Position numbers and translations under genes: made by a program. Positions 1 through 27,544 of a stretch of DNA of 64,000 bases are shown here, piece by piece; position 1 is the stretch's first letter, and each line of letters opens with the position of its first letter. This DNA is from Eutreptiella sp. 'Long Island Sound 2002' (Eukaryota; Protista; Euglenida), in NCBI GenBank assembly GCA_964036045.1, contig OZ038378.1:16430001-16494000 (forward strand). Direction: 5' to 3'. The notes beneath the pieces are model-generated. The model had not been told where the DNA came from. It worked only from the letters and a program-made list of their open reading frames with translations, and ran no database searches.

Positions 1-70
1 GCAGTGCACGCAGCATCCGGAGTGGACTTGAGGGGTGACTGGGACCCGCATGCGCGGGTATGTGACGGCC

Positions 71-830
71 TCACACGCCGGGCAGTGCTGCGGCCGTGCA
101 GCAGGTGTTTCTCCCATTTTTGATCACTCCCTTTGTGGACTCATGGCCTACAGCGTGTTCCCGTGTTTCTCCGCTGCAACAAATGGTTCTCTGCTCCCCC
201 ATCCGGACGCCCCCACCCACCCACCGTCCGAACTGCGGTAGAAAGGACTGGACTGCGGGAACTGCACCTCCGGGGGCTTGGACAAGCACATTGGAGTGCA
301 TATCCGAGTCTGGTCACACGGGTCCCCAAGTAGCCCCCACTACCCCCACCTCCCCCCCCATGGCCTGCCACAGCATCGAAGCGCAGCAAAGGCCAAGGAG
401 CATGTGCCACACCGCCTCATTTAAAAATGTGATGCATGCGCTCGATGGTTCCAAAAAGTCGCTGAAACACCGCCTCGTGCGGGTTGAACGGGAGGGGGTT
501 TTGAGAGTTGTCCCACTGGTCCTTGTCCAATCGTATCCCTTTGTCCTGACGCAAGTGCTGTCCACAAGAGCTCGAAAACAAACCCTCGGACACCCGCTGA
601 GGGAAACACAGAAACAATGGGAACGCCGCGCTACTCGCCACAACTCGCAGGCCTGTGATTGTCTCACTGCAGATCGCCCTCTTGTGACCAACGCTGAGGC
701 GGAGGATCATGGGCGAATGAAGGTTCGTTTCAACGAAACGCAGGACCAAGAACTCTGTCGCCCACTAAATTATGTTTTGGCCCAGTGGCCTGTAGTACGA
801 GCCCTTCAGGTTAGCGGCCATCCCACGCCC
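71..830 (-). mobile_element. Possible decayed non-LTR retrotransposon 3' fragment
   Basis: Minus frames give TIERMHHIFK* followed, after a frameshift, by EAVWHMLL, resembling the ET-x2-H-x4-C...W cysteine-rich C-terminal domain of L1/Tx1-like elements. A 250-codon stop-free frame lies on the opposite strand. Weak evidence. Confidence 0.3.
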
Positions 831-1269
831 GGGGGATTGAATGTCTGAGCGGATTAACTTGTTCAGGGGCTTGTGAGTGGTGCGCGCAGGGGATGCCGCG
901 CCCTCCGGCCCTACGGAGGGACCCCTGCAGCGCAGTTTGGACCGTCAGGTTGGTGGATGGAAGGTAAAGAACCCTTGACAAACCGGGGTGGGCTGAACCA
1001 AGCACAATGGCGCGGCCACCGTGCGGCGTAAACCACCCAGGACAGCACACAGGTGCACACGCCACCTGCATCAACCACAAAGGAGCGCATGCCATCCGTG
1101 AAGCGCACGCCACCCGCAACCATCAAGGAGTGCGCCATGCACACGTGCAACCCACACAGTGGTGGGGTGCTTACTCGCCCCAGTCGCAGGCCAATGTAGC
1201 GGGGAGGCACATGGTGGAACACCAGGACGCCGCATGGAGGGGTGGAAGTGTTGGGCCGCACGCACACAG

Positions 1270-1768
1270 AAACGCGGCGAAGCGTGTGGTGGACGGCTTG
1301 AGTGCAGAGGGGAGTGGGCAGCAAAAACCGTAAAACGACCCCCCCACCAACCAGCACAACCCCAACCACTGGGCTCTGCAAACGCGGAAACGACACCACA
1401 AGGAACACAGACCGCAGCGGCCGTCAGAACACAGCGACCCGACGCAGCATGCGAAGGGAAGAACGGGTGACTGTGCAGGGCCCCACAAAGAACAGCAACC
1501 CGACGGACCACATGCCCACGGAAACACAGCGAGGCAGGTGGTGGACGACCAGAATGCGGAGGGGAGTGGGCAACAAAAACCAAGACACGACCCCCGCACC
1601 AACCAGCACAACCCCAGTACGTCAATTTCTGGGCTCCGCGAATGCGGAAACGACACCAGCAGGAACACAGGCCGCAGCGGCCGACAGAATGCAGCGACCT
1701 GACCTAGCATGCAAAGGGAGGAACGGGTGACTGTGCAGGGCCCCGTAAAGAAACAGCAACCCGACGGA
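1270..1768. repeat. Diverged tandem repeat of ~250 bp, about 2 copies
   Basis: AACCAGCACAACCCC..GCGGAAACGACACCA..GAACGGGTGACTGTGCAGGGCCCC..CAGCAACCCGACGGA occurs at ~1348 and ~1600. Confidence 0.85.
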
Positions 1769-2776
1769 ATGTTACACATGGGGGGCGGGGAGGGGGGGGT
1801 GAATGTTTTAACGGATCAACTTGTTCAGGGGCTGACGTCCCCCTGGGGGCGGGGCGTTGAAATGTGAAATCCGGGGACAAGACAGCAAAAATCGGCGGGG
1901 GCCAGAGGAGATAGATCGCAGCCTCAGGCGTGCGTGCCGCGTTGCAACATCCGAGTGCTGGTTGGGCACTCCACGGCAACGTTCGAGGGTGCAGCTGTGT
2001 GACTGATAACAAACGACAGCACAGCAGTCGGTGGTCCGGGCATCTGGATCGCAAAGCCTTGCTGTGTAATCAGAACCCGCCGTGGTGACGTATCAGGGGG
2101 TGCATGGGGCCAGGGTGGACCCATGGATTGACCCAATGCCCCATCTCAGGTGCTGAATTGTACAGTAAAGCGCCTGCACAGCCCTCAGGCACTGGAGTAC
2201 GTGGGACTACGGACCAGCCTATGCCTCATGCCCCAGCTGCAAACCTTCCGGAATCAGTGGTAAGCCCCATCCCAGTGCCTCGTTGATCCGCCAACAATAC
2301 ACACCACTCTAAGGGCCCATGTCCTTTGCAGCACGATGCACAGGACGAACTGTTCTGATTTTGCAGCATTCAATAGCCCACTGGGCGACTCAGGGCGGCA
2401 TTCGGTTGTAGGGCAGCCTTGAGCATCAGGGTATGTGCGCCCCTCCTGCGGGTGCAGAGAGAGCGGAAAGGCCGTGGGACGAAAAGGCGAAGGGGTGTCC
2501 GAACGTTGCACAAAGGAGCAGATTTTGTGGCGGCTCGCGGAGGAGGAGTCAACCCATGTACCCATGGGACGGCCAAACACGTGCGCAAAAAACAAAAATG
2601 AGGATCAACCCCATGATCAGGACTAGCTGCCTCTTTACTAGACGAAAAGCGTGCTGTGCACTGAGGAATGGTACCTTTTTGAAGAAAATCTCTTATCTTT
2701 TTGCATCAAGGACTCAAAAGATGCCCTATTTCCAAAGCTTCTTCACTGGACTTTTCAATTTTGAAGCTTGTTTCAG

Positions 2777-17468
<14,692 letters not shown>

Positions 17469-19692
17469 ATTGAACAGAAGGACGTCAGGCTGTTGGTCAT
17501 GAGATGGTTAAGTCCCATATGTGTGCACTGTGCGACTATCTCCTGTTATGCCTTCCCTCGTAGCACACTGCTCCAATGTAATTGTGCCGGCCGATGCTGT
17601 AGTTGTGTATTTGCATGTTTGCAGGATATTTTTGTGGTGCATCCTTCTGTATGCCAAAGCCTCCACATGGTGCGTGCACTGGGCACGCACTGTGCAGAGA
17701 TAGCACTGACGTGCGTCATGGAGCTGGGTTTTTGTGAATGGTCGATGCTATGTGACTGTATTCTGTGGAACACCTGACGAGATCAGTGGCCACATTTTCA
17801 TGTGTTGAAGAGGCTGGCAGAGGGTCAATGGAGCACTGGCTGGTAGGCTACAAAGCTGCCCACAATCAGGACAACCCCTCAGAGTTTTTTTTGTTGATGG
17901 GTCGGACAGATCTGGGGGGGGGGGGGGGATGGGGGGGTGTCCCAAGGGGGGTGGGGGGGGGGCTGACTCGGTGACCAGGGAAGCAGGAGGGTTATCCACA
18001 ATTTGGTGGGGGCTTTTGTGCACAGGGCGGGGGGCGGGGGGGCGCCATGCACCCTTTTAGCGGTAGCCCATGTGTAATCCTGTACCGGGGGCCCCCCGGT
18101 CTTGGCTTTTTGTCAACCCTTCTTAGGGGGTGTAGGTTGCCCATTGTCTATATGTTGTGGTATACAATGTCCTTGCAAGGTGTGAAGTCGGAATAACAAT
18201 ACGTATGTGCGTGTGTGCATGTTTTCAAGGCATTGTTGAATGTACCAAAGGAGATCTCAACTTGCACGCGTCGGTTGATGTGCTATTGCATGTGCGTTGT
18301 TGTTGCTTGCAGTGAGGACAATTTGGGTTCAAAGGCGGGGGGGGGGGGGTTGTGGCACAAGGGATAGTGTTGTGATGTATTGGGGTCAATTGGGGACGCC
18401 CCTTCATTGTGCCATTGGCAATTGTGCCATTTCGGGTGTTGTCCCCATGCCAAGCGTTGGGGACCCCCCAAGACGGCAGGGTTGATGTAGCCATTTTGCC
18501 CACATGTGGGCCCCTGAGACGGCAAGGGTGAGGTAGCCATTTCTGATGTTTCCCCTGCGATGAGCGTTGGGGACCCCCAGATGGCAGGGGTGATGTATTC
18601 ATAGGGTGGCAGATCAACATGGTCAACACAAATAACGATGACTTGTCCGCTAAAAAAGCCATGGGACGCTATTGGACAAATTTGAGACATGGGTAGTATG
18701 GAAGGGTGGTGAACCTATAGAAATGAAGCATCTCATTGACCTATACCCTAATGGGTATTTGGGCACCTTGAAAGCCACATTTCCTACTGTCCAACCATTC
18801 TTCTCAAGGTTTCAGTCCAAGAACGACCATTTCGGTTGTAGATAAGTTACAAAGTGGATCTAGCTTTATTTTATGCATATGATTTCCGTCGGAAAGCTTA
18901 AGCCTTCCGATGATTTGGATCGTTCTAGCATCCCGCCACCACCCCCTAGTTGGCGACCGTTTTTTCTTCACGGTGCCACGACACCATGCATATCATTTGC
19001 AATTGGCAGATCGATTTCATACCATGCTTGAGACCAAGCCATTGGATTTGAGACATGTGGGATGAGCTATGCGCATGCAAGCATTTCAGTTGTGATATCC
19101 GGAACATGAGCCATGGTCTATTGGCTCACATGTTTGTGTTGTCTTCAATTGGAACTTGTCCATTGGGACAAAAAAAAAGATATCTATCGTGGGGCAAGGC
19201 TGTTCACATTGACTCGGATGGCATTAAGGCGCGTTGGGAAGCTAAAAAGGAGCCCACTGAGCATAGGCCGGAGGAATTGCACTATACTACATGTACTACA
19301 GTGGTAGCTTTCAGCTCGGTTGTTTATGCCGATTTGCAATCGAGCCTTGCGGCCCTACGCAAAACTCCAAAGGTTGCATTTGCCACAAAGGCAATTGCCC
19401 CTCAAAAGCAGCTACACAGGACGTAGTCTGCACAGCACAATCACAGACTCGGCCAACTCCCCAAGGACGGTTTGTGCACATTAATGACAAACCGTTCCCA
19501 TGCCCGCCGGCTATGCTGGTAAGTTGTTTGCTCACCAAAAGCTGCGCAATGATTTGTGGGACCAAGCAAAGGAGCGAGTTGTTGCACAAGTGGTACGTTT
19601 TGGTGGCATAACTGGGGACAACAAAGCCTTCGTTCGGAGAGCACTGTCAAAGGAGGAAGGGATCTTCGGCCCCGTCTTCTCATGTGTGCTTT

Positions 19693-20170
19693 GCCAGGTA
19701 CAAGTCAAGCAATAATGGAGTATTTTCATTATTTTTGCTTATTGCTTATTGCTTATTATGGTCCATTGCCGACATATTGCTAGGATCATCAACCCGGTCT
19801 GCACCCCATGCTCTCTCGGTCATAACTTCTATATTGCAAGTTGTGCGGATGTGTTTTGTGGTGGCAGGGCGCTTAATTTTCACCACCATTGTTGACCCTA
19901 GTCCCCATTCTAGATTTCCATGTGCGCCTTGCAAGGTGCAAGTCAAGCAATAATGGACTATTGTCATTACTTATTGCTTGTTGCTGATTGTGGTCCACTT
20001 CGGAAATATTGTTGTTATCACAGACCTGGCCTGTGCCCCATGGTCTCTTGGTCATAGGCCATGCATTGCAAGTTGTGCAGATGTGCTTTGCGCGGGCAGC
20101 AAGGTGGTTTTCACTACCACTGCTGGCCCTAGTCTACATTCCAAATTTTCATGTGTGCATTGCAAGGCAT
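19693..20170. repeat. Diverged tandem duplication of ~238 bp
   Basis: CAAGTCAAGCAATAATGGA occurs at ~19700 and ~19938 with collinear similarity downstream. Confidence 0.85.
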
Positions 20171-23100
20171 AGTTCGGGTATTGCGACATTCTTCGACAAA
20201 AAATGCCATTGTGGTATGTCGTATACTGCTTTGTTGCTTTGCAATGGATGGGTCACGCCACGGTGGGGCGGGGTTTTGTCCACGGCACACGGGGTGGGGG
20301 GGGGGGTCCACAAAGGGGGGTTGTAGTTGTGTGGGGGGTTTTCACCCCAAAGAAGGGGGGGGGGGTGCCTAACAGGGGGGACAAGGGGGTTTTTCTTGTG
20401 CTGCAGGTAAAGTACCAAATCCCCCCCAGTGGGGTTTTTTGTCCACAATTGGGGGGGGGGGGTTGTCCACAATTGTGGGGTTTTTTATTTTGCACCAGAG
20501 CACTGGCAGTTCCCAGGTCCTTCGTCACCATGCTATCAGGCTGCTCCCCATGATGAAGTGGCCATGAGACAGACCACCGCACTGTGCTGCACCACAGGGG
20601 ACACTGCATGCACCGTGACAGGGACTCTCAGCATTGTCTTTGTCCGAGAAGATGCGCCCACAGTTGCGCGCAGACGCCAGAACGGCGGATGGGTGTGTCC
20701 ACAACTGTGCACAGGCGCGGGCACATATGTGTTCAGACGCCTTTGCAAAGCTGTTGCCTCACTGTTTTTTTTTTTTTGACTGTTGCAGGCCATGTCAATT
20801 TTGGTGCAGTGTTCATGCGCCCCGGGTGGTGCACAGGTGCCATCAGGCAAGCAGAGGGCCCCTGCTCTTGCACGTGGTGATCAATGCAGGGATGATCAGC
20901 AGCCAGATTCAAAGGATCGACAGGGTGTAATTCTGAACACTGGTGCACAGGCACCAGAATGCAAACAAAAGCCAGAGGGCAGCGTGTGCACTATTCTTGC
21001 GTTAACGTGCCCCTGTCCTTTTACGGCATGCTTTTCTTGTCTTCTTGTCACCAGGCATTGGTGCACTGCAGTGGGTGTCTGGGACCTGTGGGGCACTGTA
21101 AGCAATCGTGATGTTCTACCCACAACTGTTTGTCAGTTCGGGGTATTCCCTTGTCCTCCACTGGTTCTGACCGTTGCCCAATGGTACCAGGAGACCGCCC
21201 CGTCAGTTCCTGGGGCTCTTGGGACCGTGGCCACTCAGCCGAACGTATCCGCCCTCCCCCAGCCCGTCCCTCTCAATGTCGCTTCCGGGAGCCTGGGGTA
21301 GACGCCCCCCCCCCCTCCTCCTCCATCCCCGCCTCCCCTAGGTGGCATCCGTCGAAGCGGGGTCACTTGCAACCCCCTCCCCCCTTCCAGGATCCCGGCG
21401 AGAGGGACTCACCACCTGCGACCCCCTCGAAGGGCCACTCCAGCGGGGACGATCAGCACAGCTGTTGGAGCTTAGTGGAGGAGACGTCCGCCAATTTGAC
21501 CTCCCACCACTCCACACCCCCTCATGCTGTCAGCCACGGATGAACCACCCCGCTGGTGACCGCGATATCCTCTGAGCGCATCCGCTGCACTGAACCGCTC
21601 CCACTCAAACAAGCCAATAATCGAAAAACCATGCACGACTCCATCTGTAATCCTAACCCTGCGTCCTCAAATCAAACCTTTGCAGCAAACTTGGACTTAG
21701 CCCCAATGCAGAAGCCCCCTCCCGGGGTCAGGCAACTGAGAATGCCGCCATACAAAAAGACAGGGAACCCACGTCATCCCCTTACCAACCCCGTAGCCCC
21801 ATAACAGGGCTTAAAATGATCTCAACCTTCTTTCCCTGCTTTCGATCCCATAGCACCCTGCCACACACCTACCAACGGTTTGCACGAACCATGTGAGCAG
21901 CAACAATCCTTCTACATTGTTGCACCAAGGAGGGACAGCAGATACAGACTGGATACAAAGGACTATGTTGATGCAATTCATGAGTGTGGTGCATGCGAAA
22001 CTCAGCCACTGTGGGGCCCTCCTGTTCTTCCTTCCCCTTCGACACGTGTCACATTGTGACCCCAGTCAACTTGTCTGGACGAATAATATCTTTGTACCCA
22101 CGTACAAATTGTTCTCGTGGACTTCAGACCCAAAATACGCTGAGCCACGTGACAGGGCGCCTTTCTCAGGGCCTGTATTGCGCACTGCTCAGCTGCAGCT
22201 GGCCTCCGAGTGGAATACTATCCAGTGGCCTGTTCAGCAAGCCCATCAACACGGTTCTTCTGCCACTGCAGGATGGCCTCTGAGCCAAGTGAAACAGATG
22301 TTTAAATGAGAACTACATCACCCACAATGAGTGCAATATATACAGCACAAATTTGAGAGAATGCCAGATAGATTGCACCAAGCCTGCACCCAGGCAGGAT
22401 CAGCCAGCCCCCCCCCCCCCCCCCCCAAAAGGAAAAAGTGCAATGCACTCCACAAACCAGATCATTGGCAACCTAGTTCACTGCTCCTTCAGCTGAAATG
22501 CTGTTAAGGCAAGTCACACTTTATTAGACAAGCTGGGGCAGCCGCATTCATGGTTTGCGCAACATGTGTTCAGTGCTGAACATCATGCTGTGGTAAAGTT
22601 GTAATCATATGTTTTCGTACACACCGCACAGGCTGGAGCACTCATGCTGCACACCACAGTTTTGCACTGAATGGCATGTTGGCAAAACCACACATTGCAT
22701 GTTGTCAGGCAAGTCACCAACAGTCCCATGCCTCATTTGTAGTTCACACGACCAGTGAGCACTGAATGCATTCTGCAAAGTGCATGTGTGCGACCATTGT
22801 CACAGGCTTTGATTCCACTGGTGTGTTGTCTTTGGGCCGTGTCCTTGGGCCGTCGTTGGGTCAAGATTTTTTGGCTGGTCACAGGAATCGCTTTTGGGTG
22901 GTGGTGGCATCATGCAGAAGTGTGTTGGACTCGTTAACAAATGTATGAGTAGGCTTTCTTCTTTGCATGTAGGCTGGAAGAGAGCTGTTGCTGTTGCATT
23001 TGCATTGCAGCCCCCCCCCCCCCCCACTCAGTTGTCAGTGCACAGTATTTGGGGGTTTCAATTTTCTTGTTTCAAATGCAGCTGAGTTCAGTTTCGAGCT

Positions 23101-23899
23101 GATGTTTCTTGAAATACATTTCAGAAAACCAATTTTGCGCTCATAGAAATGCTCAGAAATAGTAGTGCATGCTGGACACAAAAGATTCAGAAGCTGTTAA
23201 TAGGGTGTCTCTTTTGTGCACACAGGAGATGTTGCATGTGTTGGTTAGTGTATGACAGAAGGATGGTAAGTGTTCATGGGCATAAAGCGACCCCAAAAAT
23301 GAGATAAAACTATTTTTAAAACCAGCCCAGGTGGTTTTCTGCCCCTTTTTAGAGGGGATGAAGCCAACTTGTGGGGGTTAGAAGCTCTTTCTTTAGAAGT
23401 ATAAAAGCACCGTTTTTGAGGGATAACAAGATGGTAGGCCACAGAGGACAAAGTTGTATTGTATCTATATTGTGACCAACCTTCCATCTTTTCACCATTC
23501 AAGTAAAATTATCTAGTTTGCAATGCGGATCACAGCAAGCAGCACCAATGAAACATCATTGGGCCCACAATTGGTGAATTCACGTTGTTGCATGATGTGA
23601 ACACATCTTCTCTTTTGCACTTTGCTGCAACCATATTGCACAATACAATTTGGTTCAAAAAAAATACTATTTTAATTGGGAAATATCAATACCACATGTC
23701 TGGCAGCTCTGAAGATCCCACCCACACACAAGCCGGAATCGTAGCCACGCCGGTTCTCTTCAGAGAGGTATTGACACTACATTGAGTAATTATGGATGAT
23801 TGCATGATTTTTTTTAATGAAATGATAGCTCAATTACTTTTATTACAGGCCAAGCTAGAGCTTGAAAATGTGCCATGCCTATGGTTTGGAACAAGTTTT

Positions 23900-25790
23900 A
23901 CCGATTGATCTGAAAAACCGGTTATCGCCGAGGTTGTTTTCGAAACAATGGACATTATCGGAAAACTAATTCACACCAATTTACCGGCAGGCAGCTAATT
24001 GTTTTAGGTAGAAGTTTGAGTCTAATGTTTGCACTAGGAAAAGGCATTGGTAGCTACAACCAATGGCCCACGGTGAAATACGCCTTTGTACGTATTTTTG
24101 ACCTTTATGACCCAACTTGTACGGCCTCTTTTATGAATGATGGCAAAAATTGGTTCGTCACGGGCAAGCAATCGGGAAAACGGTTATTTCCAGGCTAGTA
24201 ACCGGTGAAACCCATTGTTTTTGTAAAAATATTCATTACTTTTGAAAATAACCGGTTCCAAAGGCTAGCCATGCCAAAGGCTAAAGGCTGGGCCCTGGCA
24301 AACAAGTTGGCTTCTATGGTGTCAATGTACACTTGTGCGGCCTCATCTATCTTTCCGCCGGCCCACAAACCCCTTGCGATGTTGATAAATGCGGCTATTT
24401 TGCAAGAAGCGAAGCTGCAAGTGCTCAACAACCAAAGAAGGTACCACGAAGCAGCATGCAGCCACACTATGAACGAAAGCACGCTTAAGGAAGGGGCGGG
24501 AAGAGCCTATTGCGGGTTTCACGCTCGTTCAGAAATAGAACATCAGCCAGCACAATGGGCAAAACAATCGGCGTTGGCTCTTACGAGCGATCGCACGTAA
24601 ATTGGAAAGGGGCTAAAGGTCTGCACATGTTTGAAATGCTACATGGCGGTGTTTTGGATTCCACCAACATACAAAAAGATCTTTCACCCCAACTTTGGGA
24701 CCGCAAGATGTTGTAAAGAGTGAACAACACAATAGAAGACACAGTGTATTTCATGAAGGATGAAACCATTGAGCAAGCTAGTGCAAAAGACCAATTTCTT
24801 GTCCAAACCGAACACCTATTCTAGCCGCACAAACACTAATTTTTTAAGACAATTTTTCTTTTTATGTGGTGGCTGTCCTTTGCCTGGCGAGATTCAAAAG
24901 AACTTCAGGCATCAGCAGAAGTTTGTGCTAACATGTAACGGCATTGGATCTGTGTGCTTACTTGGTTTCCGCGCCGCTCCTTTCTTGATACTAGAGCCAT
25001 AAGTGTTGGCACCCATTGGACCAGAGGCATAGCGGCCCCAAAGAGAAGTCGCAACATTGCAAAAGCCTCACCGCAGTCATCAACAAAAAGTTGGCCACAT
25101 ACACATGTGCGCAACACTCACGGTACTGCATCTTGCGGCAGCATATCCAATGCAGTCACCTTTCAACGGTCCAGAGAGGATGATGTGCAGATGGCCGCAT
25201 GTCTCAGAAGAAACTAATCTGTTGCGCTCTGGCTTGCTTTTTCCGGTTCATACGCCATTCATCATAAAGACCATTGTTTTTAACGTACCGTTCAATGTAA
25301 AAGAAAAAACCTTCCTACTTTTCTTTCGGAATAGCCTACATGCTCGGTGCAGTGTTTCTGGTTTCAGTATTCTGTGGTCTTTTCTCCTCCTTTAAAATCT
25401 GCTCTATGGCGTCGTGGCTATGTGCAACTTGTGAGGTTTCGAACCTAGTAGCAATAACCGGTTTTGCAATTAATTGCCCTTCACCAACCATATTTTTGCC
25501 ATGCCCCAAAAGAGAGCCCATACACGAGAGAGCAGTGGTTAAAACTGTCTCAGAAGTTGCATTTCTACATCGACCATCGTGTATGCTACCAAAGCATCTT
25601 TGTAACGCAAACACTGGAAAAATGTATTGCTAAAAAAGAGCTGCAAGAATTTGCAACCATTCCAATTAATTGGTTTAAATTAGTTTTTAAAATACCCCGT
25701 TGTGCCAATTGTTTTGAAAATAACCTCCGATTATTGCCAACAACCATTTTTTCTGATTAATTAATAAAACTGGTTCGGTTCATTTTCTGT
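23900..25790 (-). mobile_element. AT-rich decayed DNA transposon remnant, possibly hAT-like
   Basis: Clustered (A/T)AACCGGT motifs at ~23908, 24198, 24248 and 25453 plus a variant at ~25767, as in hAT subterminal repeats. Broken minus-strand ORFs include LIAKPVIATRF, resembling the hAT PxxTRW block. No clear TIR or TSD was found. Confidence 0.3.
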
Positions 25791-26393
25791 TTGAAAACTT
25801 GTAGGGCTTTCTCAAACATGTTTTCCCACAGTCAGCAGGGTTTTTTAGGTGGCAGTGACCCCACTCACAATTGTGTGTAGGAAACCTGAAAGAAAGTACA
25901 GAGACCTTAGTTCACGACTTCAAGTCTTGGGGTTAGGACAGTGTATAATATCTCAGTCCGTTTAAAAAAAAATTTTGTACGTTAGTGGTTGTGCATGCCC
26001 CTGGATGTGTGTCAGCCCTTGCAGGTGGCCTAGTGGCTGCGGCCAGGGCTTGGCGTGGGGGGTGATAGATTATGCCCAGCAGGCTGCCCGTAGCCAGATC
26101 GCGAGTCTTGTAGCTTAAGATGCGTCGCGCGCGTGCAGAAATAAAGGATTTTCCGCTCATGAAAGGTGCTCTTTTATATTGAAAATTCTGTTCGTAATTC
26201 AGGGTATGGTATTATGAACCCGATGAAGGATTTGCCACAAATTCAAGGATTTAAAGATGTGTTTTGAACTATGCCGTGCTTTACAATTTTGTCGACGGAT
26301 CCGGTGCAAACCAAAACCCAAATTTTCCATGTCATTATTTGCAACCACCATCTTGCAGCCCCGGCCACTCGCCGCTCTAACCTGTGAACCAGG

Positions 26394-27544
26394 TTGGCAT
26401 CAGCACCACTACCGGCAGAAGCATTGGAACTAGAGCCAAGAACGGCACAAGCAACAGAACACCTCAGGTCAGCAGTCCACGTAATCATAATAACGCCAGC
26501 AATGGCATCGGCACCAGCACTAGCACTAGTAGCAATACTAGCACCAGCACCAGCGCTGTCATTAGTACCAGCACCACCACCACCACCACCACTACCAACA
26601 CGAGCGCCACAAACAAGACCAACTGCGCACACAGGTGAGACTCTCTGTCTTTGACACAGAGTCCCTCTCGGTGTACCTATGAGCTGTTAGCGTGTCAGCC
26701 GTATCCTCCAGGTATGAAGCAATCCACCACCCCCGCCACCTCCACTGCCCCCAGCTCCCTAGAAATAACATCTTCGGCCGAAATGGCATCACCCTTTGAT
26801 CCTGGGGTTAGCCCAAGGTTTCTTGAACTAATACTAATTGTTGACCAACGCGATTTGAATAACGCCGCCCCCACCACCCTCACGACCTCCACCTCCCAAG
26901 CTGTAACAAAACAGCCGCATAATGAGATCAAACCGGAAACCTGCAAAGTAGGCATAGGACACTTCTTGCACCGGGAGAAAGCAAACAGAATACAAATTTT
27001 GGCAGATAAGAATGTTGAGATCAAAATGATTAAATAGATCACACAAAAGTTCTGGTCCAAAAGAACACACATAGCACATGATTTCCGGCGGTTTCGCCTT
27101 TTGGCTATTGAAATGAACGCCAGAAGCTTCCTGTCTCAAAGATAGTTATACCAACGAATGTGTCAATACAAAAAATTTCGTGACACTTTACCGATCATAC
27201 ACAAAATGCAAGAGCTACCTCATGAGGAAACGATCCAACCTAACGCAATCGCAAGTGAGCAGGAAAAAGAACAAAACAAAATATTCGGGCAAAAGTGTGT
27301 TTATATTTCCTTTATCCTATCGGCTACTGCTACAATCTCAGGAGCGTACACAGAAATGATCACTAAATTCCAATCATTGCTATTAGCGGCGGAAATCCGA
27401 GTGAATGCCATGTGTAGATCACCGTTTCTCCAAATAGAGCAATCTGCCAGAAGTCCCGTCTTGTTGAATGAGTTGGAAGCTAACGAGCGCATTCGGCGCC
27501 AAGGACTGTGGCTAATGGAAGCTGCAACAAGATGGGGTGATTGA
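26394..27544 (+). pseudogene. Decayed ORF of unknown origin (Ala/Pro-rich stretch followed by a ~300-codon frame with two internal TAG stops)
   Basis: ORFs 26651-27037 and 27158-27544 are in the same frame, separated by TAG at 27035-27037 and ~27143-27145. Upstream, 26394-26654 shows eroded GCA-CCA codon repeats. Confidence 0.45.

Noticed and set aside
19055-19715. Protein-like ORF fragments (also 11500-12180, 13570-14060 and 21890-22310)
   Set aside because: No recognisable family motif and multiple frameshifts. They are likely TE relics but cannot be supported without a search.
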